This document shows, one piece after another, positions 33,602 to 43,768 of a stretch of 64,000 bases of DNA. The notes beneath the pieces were generated by a model, which made no database searches, was not told the DNA's origin, and worked only from the letters and a program-made list of their open reading frames with translations. Each line of letters opens with the position of its first letter. The first letter of the stretch is position 1. This DNA comes from Alphaproteobacteria bacterium (GTDB lineage: Bacteria; Pseudomonadota; Alphaproteobacteria; Rickettsiales; UBA998). A program made the position numbers and the translations under genes. Location of the stretch: NCBI GenBank assembly GCA_004293935.1, contig RDZH01000015.1:6999-70998 (forward strand), read 5' to 3'.

Positions 33602-34729
33602 TCACCGCGCCCGAACAGAAAGATCGGCTGATTCCATTTGTTGCGCTGCAATTTTGGCTGCAAAAGATGTGGGCTTGGGGTTTTGTGGCGCAAGGTTTGA
33701 TAGATGATCTTGCAAGGATGTTTTGAGTGTCTCTGCATCAAGAGAAGGATCATTGGCGGCAAGTTCTTTGCAGATACCATCCAGCAATTTTTGTTGCATA
33801 TGTTCGGGCTGCGTGGCAATGATTTTCGCAACGGACATCTCCAAACGTTCCAACGCGTCTGTTGGCAGTGGCGTTGCTGCTATTTGATCGCGTTTCGAGT
33901 GCGCTAAATTGTAATTACCGCAAAGATAAGATGCTAATTGTAGGGAAGAAAAATAATGTGGTTTGATGGGAGCATTAGCATAATTGCCGTTGCGTTCCTT
34001 GAACTCTTGTGCTATTTTTAACCCAGTAAAGCCATTATTGAGAAAATAGAGTGAACCACTGACGCTCAGAGGCTGCTGTTTGATTTTTGCCCATGTTTGC
34101 TCAAGGAAGTTACCATCTTTGGCTTGTTCCACGGCTTTTGGATCTTCTTTCACAAGCAAGCTGCATAACGCACCTGACATCACCAGCGCACCCATCCAAA
34201 ACATTGATGACACATTGCCAATGTCTTGAAATTTTGTTGGTATCAGGATCTTGTTCTTGTCCTTGTCCTTGTTCTCCGTGGTATTCTGAATCTCCTTTAT
34301 GCCATCATATAGTAGCCCTGCTGCACCTAAGGCATAAGCGGCATTGAGTAGCTCCGATGGGTGCTGACAAAGAAAAATGCGCGCCTTGTCAAGGGCATTT
34401 TTTTCCTTAAAAAGATCCGCTCCTTGTCGCATTTCTGGGGAAAGATCGATGCCTTGTTTTGAGAGATAATCTTCTATTTGTTGCGCATGAATATCCAGCC
34501 TTGTTGCGGTATCAGGGTTGCCAAACATGGCAGCACCAATGCCACCCGCTAACCATATCGCTGCCCCCGTGATAAGACCGCCTGCATTTTCCTTACGTGC
34601 TAGTCCATTTCCCAGCATCATGAGATCACCAAATATATAACTCAACCCTGCGATTTTTAACGTTGGTGAAGCATCTTTTTCTTGCGTTTGTTGGTTATTC
34701 GTTTGTTTTTGTGTTGCCGTTGCGGTCAT
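33602..34729 (-). CDS. Orphan multi-pass membrane protein
   Basis: 375-aa ORF with AAGGGG RBS; several Gly/Ala-rich hydrophobic helices; tail KPTSFAAKIAAQQ..VRAR. Confidence 0.8.
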   Translation of the reverse strand: MTATATQKQTNNQQTQEKDASPTLKIAGLSYIFGDLMMLGNGLARKENAGGLITGAAIWLAGGIGAAMFGNPDTATRLDIHAQQIEDYLSKQGIDLSPEMRQGADLFKEKNALDKARIFLCQHPSELLNAAYALGAAGLLYDGIKEIQNTTENKDKDKNKILIPTKFQDIGNVSSMFWMGALVMSGALCSLLVKEDPKAVEQAKDGNFLEQTWAKIKQQPLSVSGSLYFLNNGFTGLKIAQEFKERNGNYANAPIKPHYFSSLQLASYLCGNYNLAHSKRDQIAATPLPTDALERLEMSVAKIIATQPEHMQQKLLDGICKELAANDPSLDAETLKTSLQDHLSNLAPQNPKPTSFAAKIAAQQMESADLSVRAR

Positions 34730-34752
34730 AAACTATCCCCTTGCTTCCGCAC

Positions 34753-34786
34753 ACACTAACAAAACTATATGACAAAACTATGACAA
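34753..34786 (-). promoter_or_regulatory. Pho-box-type promoter: TGTCAT-AGTTT-TGTCAT, 10 nt upstream of a -10-like TAGTGT
   Basis: Minus strand reads TTGTCATAGTTTTGTCAT-ATAGTTTTGT-TAGTGT; matches the PhoB box 11-bp period and the canonical spacing to -10. Confidence 0.6.
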
Positions 34787-34833
34787 TAGTGTAGGGGTAA
34801 AAGCACTATATCAAACAATTATGTGGAACTAAG

Positions 34834-36204
34834 ATGATGATAGAATCCTTCCTTGCTTTTTTAGTACAAATCCTCTCCTCATTATTATTTTATGATATAG
34901 CAGGTTTTCCCTTTATTGTCGCATGGTTGGTTTGTGCTGCTTTGTTCTTTACTGTCTATCTTGGTGGGGTGAATCTGCGTTTGCTGCCAACGGCGTGTCG
35001 GTTGATACGTCACCCTGCATCGCGTTCTGACGTGGGGGAGATTAGTCCGTTTCAAGCCGTGTTATCAGCGGTTTCTGCAACAGTGGGGTTAGGATCGATT
35101 GCGGGTGTTTCGGTAGCGGTCGCGGTGGGAGGGCCGGGAGTGATTTTTTGGATTATAGTGATGGGCGTGTTTGGCATGGCAACAAAATTTGCCGAAGTGA
35201 CGTTATCATTATGTTACCGCACTGTGGATGCAGAAGGAAAAATCTATGGTGGCCCGATTCATTATCTGCAAACAGGGTTCAAAGAACGCGGATACCCTAA
35301 GTTAGGGCGCGCCCTTGCCGCGTTATTTGCGGTGTTTTGCCTTGGTGGTGCTGTGGGTGGGGGAAGCATGTTCCAAGCCAATCAGACGGTGAAGATTTTT
35401 TCTCATCAAATAGCATGGTTACAGGATAAGCCATGGATTGTAGCGGGGGCGTTCACCTTAGTGGTGGGATTAGTATTGTTTGGTTCGATTAAGCGTATTG
35501 CAAAAGTGGCAGGGGCGGTTGCGCCGATGAAGGGAATCATGTATCTTCTCTGCACTCTGATTATTCTCGCGGTGAATTATGAGGAAGTGCCACGCGCTCT
35601 GTACGCCATGCTGACGGAAGCATTCACGGCACAGGCTGCGCAAGGTGGCATGTTCGTGATGATTGCCTTGGCGTTTAAGCGTGCCTTATTTGCCAATGAG
35701 GCGGGGCTTGGTTCTGCGCCGATTGCGCACGCCGCTGCTACGGTGCAAAGCCCTGCTCATGAAGGAACATTAGCGTTGGTAGAACCGCTCTTTGCTGCCT
35801 TTATCGCGCTGCTCACTGGTTTAATGGTGGTGGTGACCAATGCACACATTAATGCCACTATTGATGATGGAGTGGTGATTGCGGCACAGGCATTTGCGAC
35901 GGTGAGTCCGTGGTTTACGGCAATGTTGGCGTTTAACGTTCTGCTCTTTGCCTATGGCACGACAATCGGATGGAGCTATTATGGTGAAATAGCATGGTGT
36001 CACCTTTTTGGAAAATCCAGTATTCGGATCTATTATATGTTTTATATTGTCGCATGTTTTATTGGAGGCATCAGCCATTTTTCAGTCGTGTTGGATTTGG
36101 CGGATCTGTTTATCCTTGGCATGGCGTTGCCGAATATCATTGCTTTGTATGTTTTGCGTGGGCGCATTAAAGCGGAGATGATGGCGTTTATCAAAATTAA
36201 GTAG
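34834..36204 (+). CDS. Alanine/glycine:cation symporter (AGCS family)
   Basis: GEISPFQA, ATVGLGSIAGV, GGPGVIFW, GMATKFAE, FANEAGLGSAPIAHA, WSYYGE. Confidence 0.93.
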   Translation: MMIESFLAFLVQILSSLLFYDIAGFPFIVAWLVCAALFFTVYLGGVNLRLLPTACRLIRHPASRSDVGEISPFQAVLSAVSATVGLGSIAGVSVAVAVGGPGVIFWIIVMGVFGMATKFAEVTLSLCYRTVDAEGKIYGGPIHYLQTGFKERGYPKLGRALAALFAVFCLGGAVGGGSMFQANQTVKIFSHQIAWLQDKPWIVAGAFTLVVGLVLFGSIKRIAKVAGAVAPMKGIMYLLCTLIILAVNYEEVPRALYAMLTEAFTAQAAQGGMFVMIALAFKRALFANEAGLGSAPIAHAAATVQSPAHEGTLALVEPLFAAFIALLTGLMVVVTNAHINATIDDGVVIAAQAFATVSPWFTAMLAFNVLLFAYGTTIGWSYYGEIAWCHLFGKSSIRIYYMFYIVACFIGGISHFSVVLDLADLFILGMALPNIIALYVLRGRIKAEMMAFIKIK

Positions 36205-36287
36205 TACTATATCGTGATTTTTCCCTTCCCGTCATTAAAACTCTAAGGCAATGATGCAATGTCAGATGGAGGAAGGGGTTTTATTCA

Positions 36288-36518
36288 ATGAATCACACTA
36301 TAAATTGGAATGCGATAGGCATCATTATTGCGATGATTGGCAATATGGGAGCGGGTATTTGGTATGCAAGCCAACTTTCTGCACGGGTGGAAGTGCTGGA
36401 AAAGCGCACCTCGAACATGCACACCGACCGCGAATTATTAGTCCGCATCGATGAACGTACTCGCGCTATGGCGGAGGCGATTGGCGAGCTGAAGCAGAAT
36501 ATGGGAGGCGAACGCTGA
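36288..36518 (+). CDS. Small phage-type holin/XhlA-like protein (1 TM plus coiled coil)
   Basis: 76 aa, strong RBS, N-terminal TM, LVRIDERT..I.EL coiled coil; stop overlaps start (TGATG) of the M15 peptidase. Confidence 0.55.
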   Translation: MNHTINWNAIGIIIAMIGNMGAGIWYASQLSARVEVLEKRTSNMHTDRELLVRIDERTRAMAEAIGELKQNMGGER

Positions 36519-36922
36519 TGTTTTTTGAACATTATTCTTTAATCTCTACCAATGCATGGCACTATCGCTATTTCACCCCGCGTGAGTTGGCAAGCAAGGG
36601 CGATGGATCATTGCTGGTGAACCATGATGCGATTGCGAGGTTGGAACATATGCGTGAGATTATGGGTGTGCCATTGATTATTACCTCTGCGTATCGTGAC
36701 CCTCTCCATAATGCCAAAATCGGGGGCGCACCGCTCAGTATGCATCGCTTCGGGCGGGCGTTTGATGTATCGATTAGAGGGCATGACAGGCAACAACTTT
36801 ATCAGGCAGCCCTTACAGCGGGTTTCACAGGTTTTGGTTTTTATGCAACATTCCTGCATGTGGATACGGGCAGGAAACGGCATTGGGGCAAAAGCGCGCC
36901 CATCTATGGGGTGCGCGGATAA
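36518..36922 (+). CDS. Peptidase M15A-type Zn peptidase (endolysin-like)
   Basis: YFTPREL, ITSAYR..HNAKIGGAPLSMH..GRAFD, FLHVDTG (H/D/H Zn ligands); no signal peptide. Confidence 0.88.
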   Translation: MFFEHYSLISTNAWHYRYFTPRELASKGDGSLLVNHDAIARLEHMREIMGVPLIITSAYRDPLHNAKIGGAPLSMHRFGRAFDVSIRGHDRQQLYQAALTAGFTGFGFYATFLHVDTGRKRHWGKSAPIYGVRG

Positions 36923-36951
36923 ACAAGTCGCGCCCATCTATGGGGTGCGCG
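36895..36951. repeat. 23-bp perfect direct repeat of an imperfect hairpin
   Basis: CGCGCCCATCTATGGGGTGCGCG at 36895-36917 and 36929-36951, 11-bp spacer. Confidence 0.9.
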
Positions 36952-36975
36952 ACATTTAAGAACATTCACTGTGAT

Positions 36976-37051
36976 TTGTCATTCCTGCGAAGGCAGGAAT
37001 CCAGTAACAACAGTAGTTTATGGATGCCTGCTTCATCTAAGGGCATGACAA
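36976..37051. repeat. RPE/REP-like palindromic element, copy 4
   Basis: TTGTCATTCCTGCGAAGGCAGGAATCCAG..TGGATGCCTG..GGGCATGACAA. Confidence 0.85.
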
Positions 37052-37118
37052 GAAGTGAGAATTATTCAGAATATTCACACAAATAAATTTGTAATTTTAG
37101 TGTGAATGGATTAAGTTC

Positions 37119-38126
37119 ATGCATCATTTTTTCAAAAGCCATGATTTAAGGATGCATCGGATGCAGCAACACAGCAGTGTATCGCAGAATAATTTATTGC
37201 AATATTGCGGAACTAAGGGTGAGATTTATAAGGTATGGATCAAGAATTTGCTGCTGATGATCGTCACCTTCTTGGTGTATCGCGCATGGGCAAAGACGCG
37301 GATGCGAAAATATATATGGTCGCATTATGTTATTGCGGGTGATCCTCTACGCTATACGGGTACGGGGGGAGAAATCTTCAAAGGTTATGTGATTGCAGCG
37401 TTAATATTTGCGGTGCTTTCTGCGATACCATTCATTATAGCGATGATTTTTAACAATGAATCCTTAGCAAAAGCAAATATAGCGTTTTATCTATCATTTC
37501 TTATTGGTTTTTATGCCTATTATTCTGGATTGCGCTATCGCTTAGGGCGCACGACATGGCGGGGGATTCGTCTTCGGCTTACGGGTAATGCGATTCACTA
37601 TCTTGGCTTAGCATTAAAACGTATGTTTGTGAATATCTTCACGCTTGGTTTTGCGATTCCCACAAGTGACATCAAGAAACATAGTTACATCATGAATCAT
37701 CTGTTTCTTGGCAATCAAGCTGCGGTCTTTGTTGAGGATATATCGGGGCTGAAGAAAACACACATTATCACATGGTTGCTTGCTGTACCCACCTTGCTTA
37801 TTTCACGTTTTTGGTATCGTGCAGCCCTTGCCAATAAAAAATTAGAGAACCTCTCATTGGGCAATATTCGCTTTTATGGTTCGTACACAGGCGGGGCATA
37901 TGCAAAACTTTTTTTTGGTAATATCGGGCTAGTTGTTATTACGCTTGGTCTAGGGATGCCGCTTATTGTGCATCGTATGATGGTATTTCATGCGCGCAAT
38001 GTGTCCATTGTTGGCACATTAGAAGATATAGCGATTTTGCAACAACAATCACAGTTGAGTGGCATTGGTGAGGGCTTATCGGATCAGTTTGATACGGGAA
38101 TGGATGTCGATCTTGGTTTTATTTGA
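37119..38126 (+). CDS. YjgN/DUF898 family inner membrane protein
   Basis: NLLL.IVTFLVYRAWAKTR.RKY.W, YTGTGGE, RY..GRTTWRGIR, ITLGL, GIGEGL.D. Confidence 0.9.
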   Translation: MHHFFKSHDLRMHRMQQHSSVSQNNLLQYCGTKGEIYKVWIKNLLLMIVTFLVYRAWAKTRMRKYIWSHYVIAGDPLRYTGTGGEIFKGYVIAALIFAVLSAIPFIIAMIFNNESLAKANIAFYLSFLIGFYAYYSGLRYRLGRTTWRGIRLRLTGNAIHYLGLALKRMFVNIFTLGFAIPTSDIKKHSYIMNHLFLGNQAAVFVEDISGLKKTHIITWLLAVPTLLISRFWYRAALANKKLENLSLGNIRFYGSYTGGAYAKLFFGNIGLVVITLGLGMPLIVHRMMVFHARNVSIVGTLEDIAILQQQSQLSGIGEGLSDQFDTGMDVDLGFI

Positions 38127-39207
38127 TAGAAATAATCAGCATCACACCACATTTTATGACGGAATGCACGCCGTTGCTAGGGCTGTGGATGTATCCGTTT
38201 TTGCCACGGGCATTGAAATCTGTGACAAGGAGCAGCATAGAAAATTCTTCTGCTCCTATGAGAATTTGCACATCATGGATGTTCCGCGTGATGGGCAATC
38301 TGGCTATGCGCATTGTACGCAATTTCCTGAATCGCAACTTTTACTTGATGATGCGTTGTTTCGGGCGATAAAACCTCATGTGCAGACAAAAACACCATGG
38401 AATATCATTGCCATGATCGGCATATTGGTGGTTTTGGTGGGATTGATCGTGTTCGTGACGATTCCTGCCTCCGCTCCTGTGATTGCTGCAATGATACCTG
38501 CAACGGTTGAAAAAAGACTTGGTGCTTTGGTGTTTGATGAGATCAAGCGGGGTAAGCTCGTTTGCCCGCAGGATGCACAACCGCACATGATGCTTCAAAG
38601 TTTAGTTGATGATTTTGCACACGCAAACAATATTGCACCAGTGAACATCGTGATTGTGCATTCCAGTGAGATTAATGCCTTTGCCTTGCCAGCGCGACAG
38701 ATCGTACTATTTGACGGCTTGCTTCAGCAGACGGCAACCCCTGAAGCATTGGCAGGGGTCATTGCCCATGAAATTGGGCATGTTGCCTATAATCATAGTA
38801 TGGAGAGTTTTGTGCGTATTTTGGGTATGGGATTGATCGTGGAAGTGGCGACAGGTGGCGGCGGCACAATGTTGTTTTTAGGCTCGGAATTATATCATAA
38901 TGTCTATAGTCGTGAGAAAGAGCAACAAGCAGATGAATTTGCAGCTCGTGCCATGCACGCAAAGCAGTATGATGTACATAAAGTGGCAGATTTCTTTGCG
39001 CGTAGTGTGAAGGAAGAAAGCGGATTATTAGAGCAGTTTTCTTGGCTCTCGACCCACCCAACCCATCAATCACGCATTGATTTTTTCACATCCTATCCGC
39101 AGGAACACTCGTCACGCACCCCCGTGATGACAGATGCACAATGGCGCGTGCTTCAAAAGATGAAAGGATGCGGCTTTCATAAAGAGAGGCTTCTACACAA
39201 CCCATAA
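38104..39207 (+). CDS. M48 family metallopeptidase
   Basis: FYDG N-terminal domain, TM, INAFALP, AHEIGH (HExxH), YSRE.E..AD, LSTHP. Confidence 0.92.
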   Translation: MSILVLFDRNNQHHTTFYDGMHAVARAVDVSVFATGIEICDKEQHRKFFCSYENLHIMDVPRDGQSGYAHCTQFPESQLLLDDALFRAIKPHVQTKTPWNIIAMIGILVVLVGLIVFVTIPASAPVIAAMIPATVEKRLGALVFDEIKRGKLVCPQDAQPHMMLQSLVDDFAHANNIAPVNIVIVHSSEINAFALPARQIVLFDGLLQQTATPEALAGVIAHEIGHVAYNHSMESFVRILGMGLIVEVATGGGGTMLFLGSELYHNVYSREKEQQADEFAARAMHAKQYDVHKVADFFARSVKEESGLLEQFSWLSTHPTHQSRIDFFTSYPQEHSSRTPVMTDAQWRVLQKMKGCGFHKERLLHNP

Positions 39208-39220
39208 AATCAACAAATTC

Positions 39221-39291
39221 GTCATTCTTGGCGCAAGGCAGGAATCCAGTAACAACAGTAGCTTATGGATACCCGCCTACGCGGGTATGAC
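39221..39291. repeat. RPE/REP-like palindromic element, copy 5
   Basis: Shares loop GGAATCCAGTAACAACAGTAG(C/T)TTATGGAT with copy 4. Confidence 0.85.
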
Positions 39292-39332
39292 AAGAATTGA
39301 GCGGAAACATGCACAGAATGCTTGCATTTTGA

Positions 39333-40441
<1,109 letters not shown>

Positions 40442-40482
40442 CTTTTTGTTAGCCCCTATCCGTTATTTTTGATAGCAGGCAA

Positions 40483-41448
40483 ATGATGGTACGCATGAGA
40501 ATAAGTACAAAAAAAATACATAGTTTGTTGGTTATGTTTGTGGTGATGCTTGTTGTGGGGTGCGGGCAAAAAAAACATGAAGATACGGAAAAGAATCAGC
40601 AAGATTTTGCTAATGAGTTCTTTGAAAAAAAAGATAAAGCTATGGTCCTTATTTCGATTGCGGAGGAACAGGATACGATCATGGGTACGAAATTTTCTAA
40701 TCCTTATTCGGCATCTTTCATTCGAAAAGTTGATTTCCCGCATAAATTAGATAAACCTTTTCATGTTGTATCTCCGAATAGTTTGGTATTTAAGGATATT
40801 CTACCTATGGATGAGCCATCCTTCTTGCGCAAAGTCCTAGATCCAATAGGAGCGCGAAGGGCGATGTTTTTTACTATCAGCCTTCCGTACAATCAAATGC
40901 GAGAATATCATAAGAGAACAAAAGATCCAGTATATTTTCAAGAATTTTTTGTTAATAGTGTTGCCAGTTATGATGTTGATGGTAATATTCAGCATATAGG
41001 TGCGACTATAGAACCAGGTACGTATACATTGGCTGCTGTAGCAAAAGGAGTGGAAACATCCACTACATATTCAACGCCAACTTTTTACACTAATATTATA
41101 GAAAATTTCTTAGAAGCCCCAGCACCAGAACTCACATTTACGGTGAAAGGAGGGGAAGTGATTTATCTTGGTCATATGGTAATCAAGAGGACAAAGCACA
41201 AATCATTTTTAGAACAGTTAAACGGAGAAGATGATTGGTCATTTCAAGTTAAAGTAGAAGATCGTTTTCAGGAGATATGGAAAAGGGGAGAGGATAATCT
41301 TCACCCTTCATTCTTCTGGAAAGCACAACATCGTTTGCTAAAGCCATTACACAATGTAGATGTCAAATCGTATGAGCTTCAGTCTATGGACAGTGGATTA
41401 TTTTCTACGCCACCTTACGTACATCTTGCTGTAACCCCTAACCCCTAG
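40483..41448 (+). CDS. Orphan lipoprotein
   Basis: Basic N-terminus, hydrophobic stretch, lipobox VVG-C (Cys codon 40561); visibly more AT-rich than ilvC/leuA. Confidence 0.75.
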   Translation: MMVRMRISTKKIHSLLVMFVVMLVVGCGQKKHEDTEKNQQDFANEFFEKKDKAMVLISIAEEQDTIMGTKFSNPYSASFIRKVDFPHKLDKPFHVVSPNSLVFKDILPMDEPSFLRKVLDPIGARRAMFFTISLPYNQMREYHKRTKDPVYFQEFFVNSVASYDVDGNIQHIGATIEPGTYTLAAVAKGVETSTTYSTPTFYTNIIENFLEAPAPELTFTVKGGEVIYLGHMVIKRTKHKSFLEQLNGEDDWSFQVKVEDRFQEIWKRGEDNLHPSFFWKAQHRLLKPLHNVDVKSYELQSMDSGLFSTPPYVHLAVTPNP

Positions 41449-41456
41449 AACCCTCT

Positions 41457-42995
41457 ATGAAACACATCATTATTTTTGATACCACCCTACGCGATGGCGA
41501 ACAATCTCCCGGCATGTCGATGACCAAAGAGGAGAAGCTCTTGGTCGCAGAATTGCTCGATACGATGGGCGTTGATGTCATTGAGGCAGGTTTTGCGATG
41601 GCAAGTGAGGGGGATTTTCACGCGGTGAAAGCGATTGCGGAAGTGGCAAAAAATGCCGTCATCTGTTCCTTGTCGCGGGCGAAATATGCCGATATTGAAC
41701 GGGCAGGGGAGGCGGTGAAACCTGCGAAACGTGGGCGTATTCATACCTTCATTTCCACCAGCGATATACATCTGAAATATCAATTCCGTTTGGAAAAGCC
41801 CGCCGTGATCGAGATCATCAAAGATACGGTTGCCTATGCACGTCGGTTTACTGATGATGTTGAATGGTCGGCAATGGATGCCACCCGCTCGGACTTAGGC
41901 TTTTTGTGCCAAGCAGTCGAAGCCGCGATTGGGGCAGGGGCAACTACCATCAACCTTCCTGATACGGTCGGCTATGCCACCCCTGATGATGTGGCGCATA
42001 TGTTCCGTCATGTGATGGGGAACGTGCCAAATGCAGATAAGGCAGTGTTCTCATTCCATGGGCAGAATGATTTAGGGCTTGCTACAGCCAACACCTTAGC
42101 CGCCTTGCAAGCAGGGGCAGGGCAGGCGGAAGTCACCATTAATGGCATTGGTGAGCGGGCAGGCAATACCTCATTAGAAGAAGTGGTGATGACGCTGAAA
42201 ACCCGCAAAGATCGCTATGGCATGGAATGCGGCGTGAAAAGCGAATATATTATGCGGGCATCGCGCTTGATTCAATCCGTCACAGGGCAATCGGTGCAGG
42301 TGAATAAAGCCATTGTTGGGGCGAATGCCTTTGCGCATGAATCGGGTATTCATCAAGATGGGATGTTGAAGCATAGCGGGACGTATGAAATTATGACCCC
42401 TGAATCGATTGGATTGACCCGTTCTAATCTAGTGATGGGCAAACATTCGGGCAGACATGCTTTTAAGAACAAGCTGGAAGAATTGAACATTACGCTGGGT
42501 GATAATGCCTTTGAAGATGCCTTTAATCGCTTCAAAGCCTTGGCAGATAAAAAGAAAGATGTGTTTGATGAGGATATTCTCTCTCTTGTTGATGGTGAAG
42601 ATGATAGCCATGCATTGACATTGCTGTCGCTTGCGGTGCAATGTGGCACGGGCGCAGTGCAGCAAGCCGAAGTGGTGCTACACCAAGATGGGCAAGAGTT
42701 ACGCACGACACAACAAGGTAATGGTCCTGTGGATGCGATCTTCAAATCAATCAAAATGTTAGTACCTTCGGCGGAATCTGCGCATTTGAAGATTTATCAG
42801 GTACATGCGGTGACGGCGGGAACAGACGCGCAAGCGGAAGTGACGGTACGTCTTGAGATGGGGGAAACCATCATCAACGGGCATGGTGCAGATGTGGATA
42901 CATTGGTGGCAAGTGCAAAAGCCTATCTTGATGCACTCAATAAGGTGGATAGGCTACGCGCCCGTAAGGATAATTTGCTTGAACCTGTGTCCTAA
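41457..42995 (+). CDS. leuA: 2-isopropylmalate synthase
   Basis: FDTTLRDGEQSPG, INLPDTVGY, NGIGERAGN, HESGIHQDG, GKHSGRHA, GNGPVDA. Confidence 0.97.
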   Translation: MKHIIIFDTTLRDGEQSPGMSMTKEEKLLVAELLDTMGVDVIEAGFAMASEGDFHAVKAIAEVAKNAVICSLSRAKYADIERAGEAVKPAKRGRIHTFISTSDIHLKYQFRLEKPAVIEIIKDTVAYARRFTDDVEWSAMDATRSDLGFLCQAVEAAIGAGATTINLPDTVGYATPDDVAHMFRHVMGNVPNADKAVFSFHGQNDLGLATANTLAALQAGAGQAEVTINGIGERAGNTSLEEVVMTLKTRKDRYGMECGVKSEYIMRASRLIQSVTGQSVQVNKAIVGANAFAHESGIHQDGMLKHSGTYEIMTPESIGLTRSNLVMGKHSGRHAFKNKLEELNITLGDNAFEDAFNRFKALADKKKDVFDEDILSLVDGEDDSHALTLLSLAVQCGTGAVQQAEVVLHQDGQELRTTQQGNGPVDAIFKSIKMLVPSAESAHLKIYQVHAVTAGTDAQAEVTVRLEMGETIINGHGADVDTLVASAKAYLDALNKVDRLRARKDNLLEPVS

Positions 42996-43086
42996 TTCTA
43001 TCACTACCATAGAACTGAATGGCTAGTACTCAATCAGATGATGTTTTTATTAAGTAACACATACGTAATTTTGCTAGAATAGTTGT

Positions 43087-43719
43087 ATGAAATATGTACG
43101 TGATAAGTTGAATCGCCCTTTGCCTGATAAGGAGGTGGGAGATCTTCCTTTGGCATCGCAAACGCTGGTGGCAGGGTTATGGTATCGTATCCTCGCGTTT
43201 ATCCTCGATTTTTTGACCGTGAGCAGTTTGTATCTGATTGCGATTGTACCCTTATTGCGCGCTTATTATTTTGGCGATCATAGAGTGGTCTCACCTTATG
43301 CTTTTCGGGCAGCACTACTTTCTTATGTCGCGTTGGCAATGATCTATGTAGTGAACTTTACCTGTAGTCCGTTGCGTGCTACGTTGGGGCAACGCCTTGT
43401 GGGGGTGTATGTCACGCATCTGTTGGGATGGCGCGTTTCTGTTATGATCGCGATTGTGCGTTTCATGATTTGCTATGCTCCTTTTATCATCTTTTGTGCT
43501 GTATTTACGGAGCTGTTTGCGGATATGTTCCATCTTATAGGGTGGCGTGATGCGCAGCAAACATCATTGGAGCGTGAGTTTTTTTATCCGATGGTGTTCA
43601 TTATTGTGGTGATGCAAAGTGCCTTATGGTGGCCATTATGTACGGGGCATCCGCATAGGGTGGGATGGGATCGGTGGACGAATACGACCTTGTTACGGCG
43701 CAAGATTACAAGAGGTTGA
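43087..43719 (+). CDS. RDD family membrane protein
   Basis: AGLWYRILAFILD, ATLGQRLVG, terminal WD..TNT. Confidence 0.8.
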   Translation: MKYVRDKLNRPLPDKEVGDLPLASQTLVAGLWYRILAFILDFLTVSSLYLIAIVPLLRAYYFGDHRVVSPYAFRAALLSYVALAMIYVVNFTCSPLRATLGQRLVGVYVTHLLGWRVSVMIAIVRFMICYAPFIIFCAVFTELFADMFHLIGWRDAQQTSLEREFFYPMVFIIVVMQSALWWPLCTGHPHRVGWDRWTNTTLLRRKITRG

Positions 43720-43727
43720 AAAAGGAA

Positions 43728-43760
43728 GAAGCCGAATCCCCTTGGCGGGGAAACGGCTTC
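43728..43760. terminator. Putative hairpin terminator between convergent genes
   Basis: GAAGCCG-AA-TCCCC-TTGGC-GGGGA-AA-CGGCTTC. Confidence 0.55.
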
Positions 43761-43768
43761 AACTAGCT

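Noticed and set aside
36895-36951. Possible mini CRISPR array
   Set aside because: Only two repeats, an 11-bp spacer and no cas genes.
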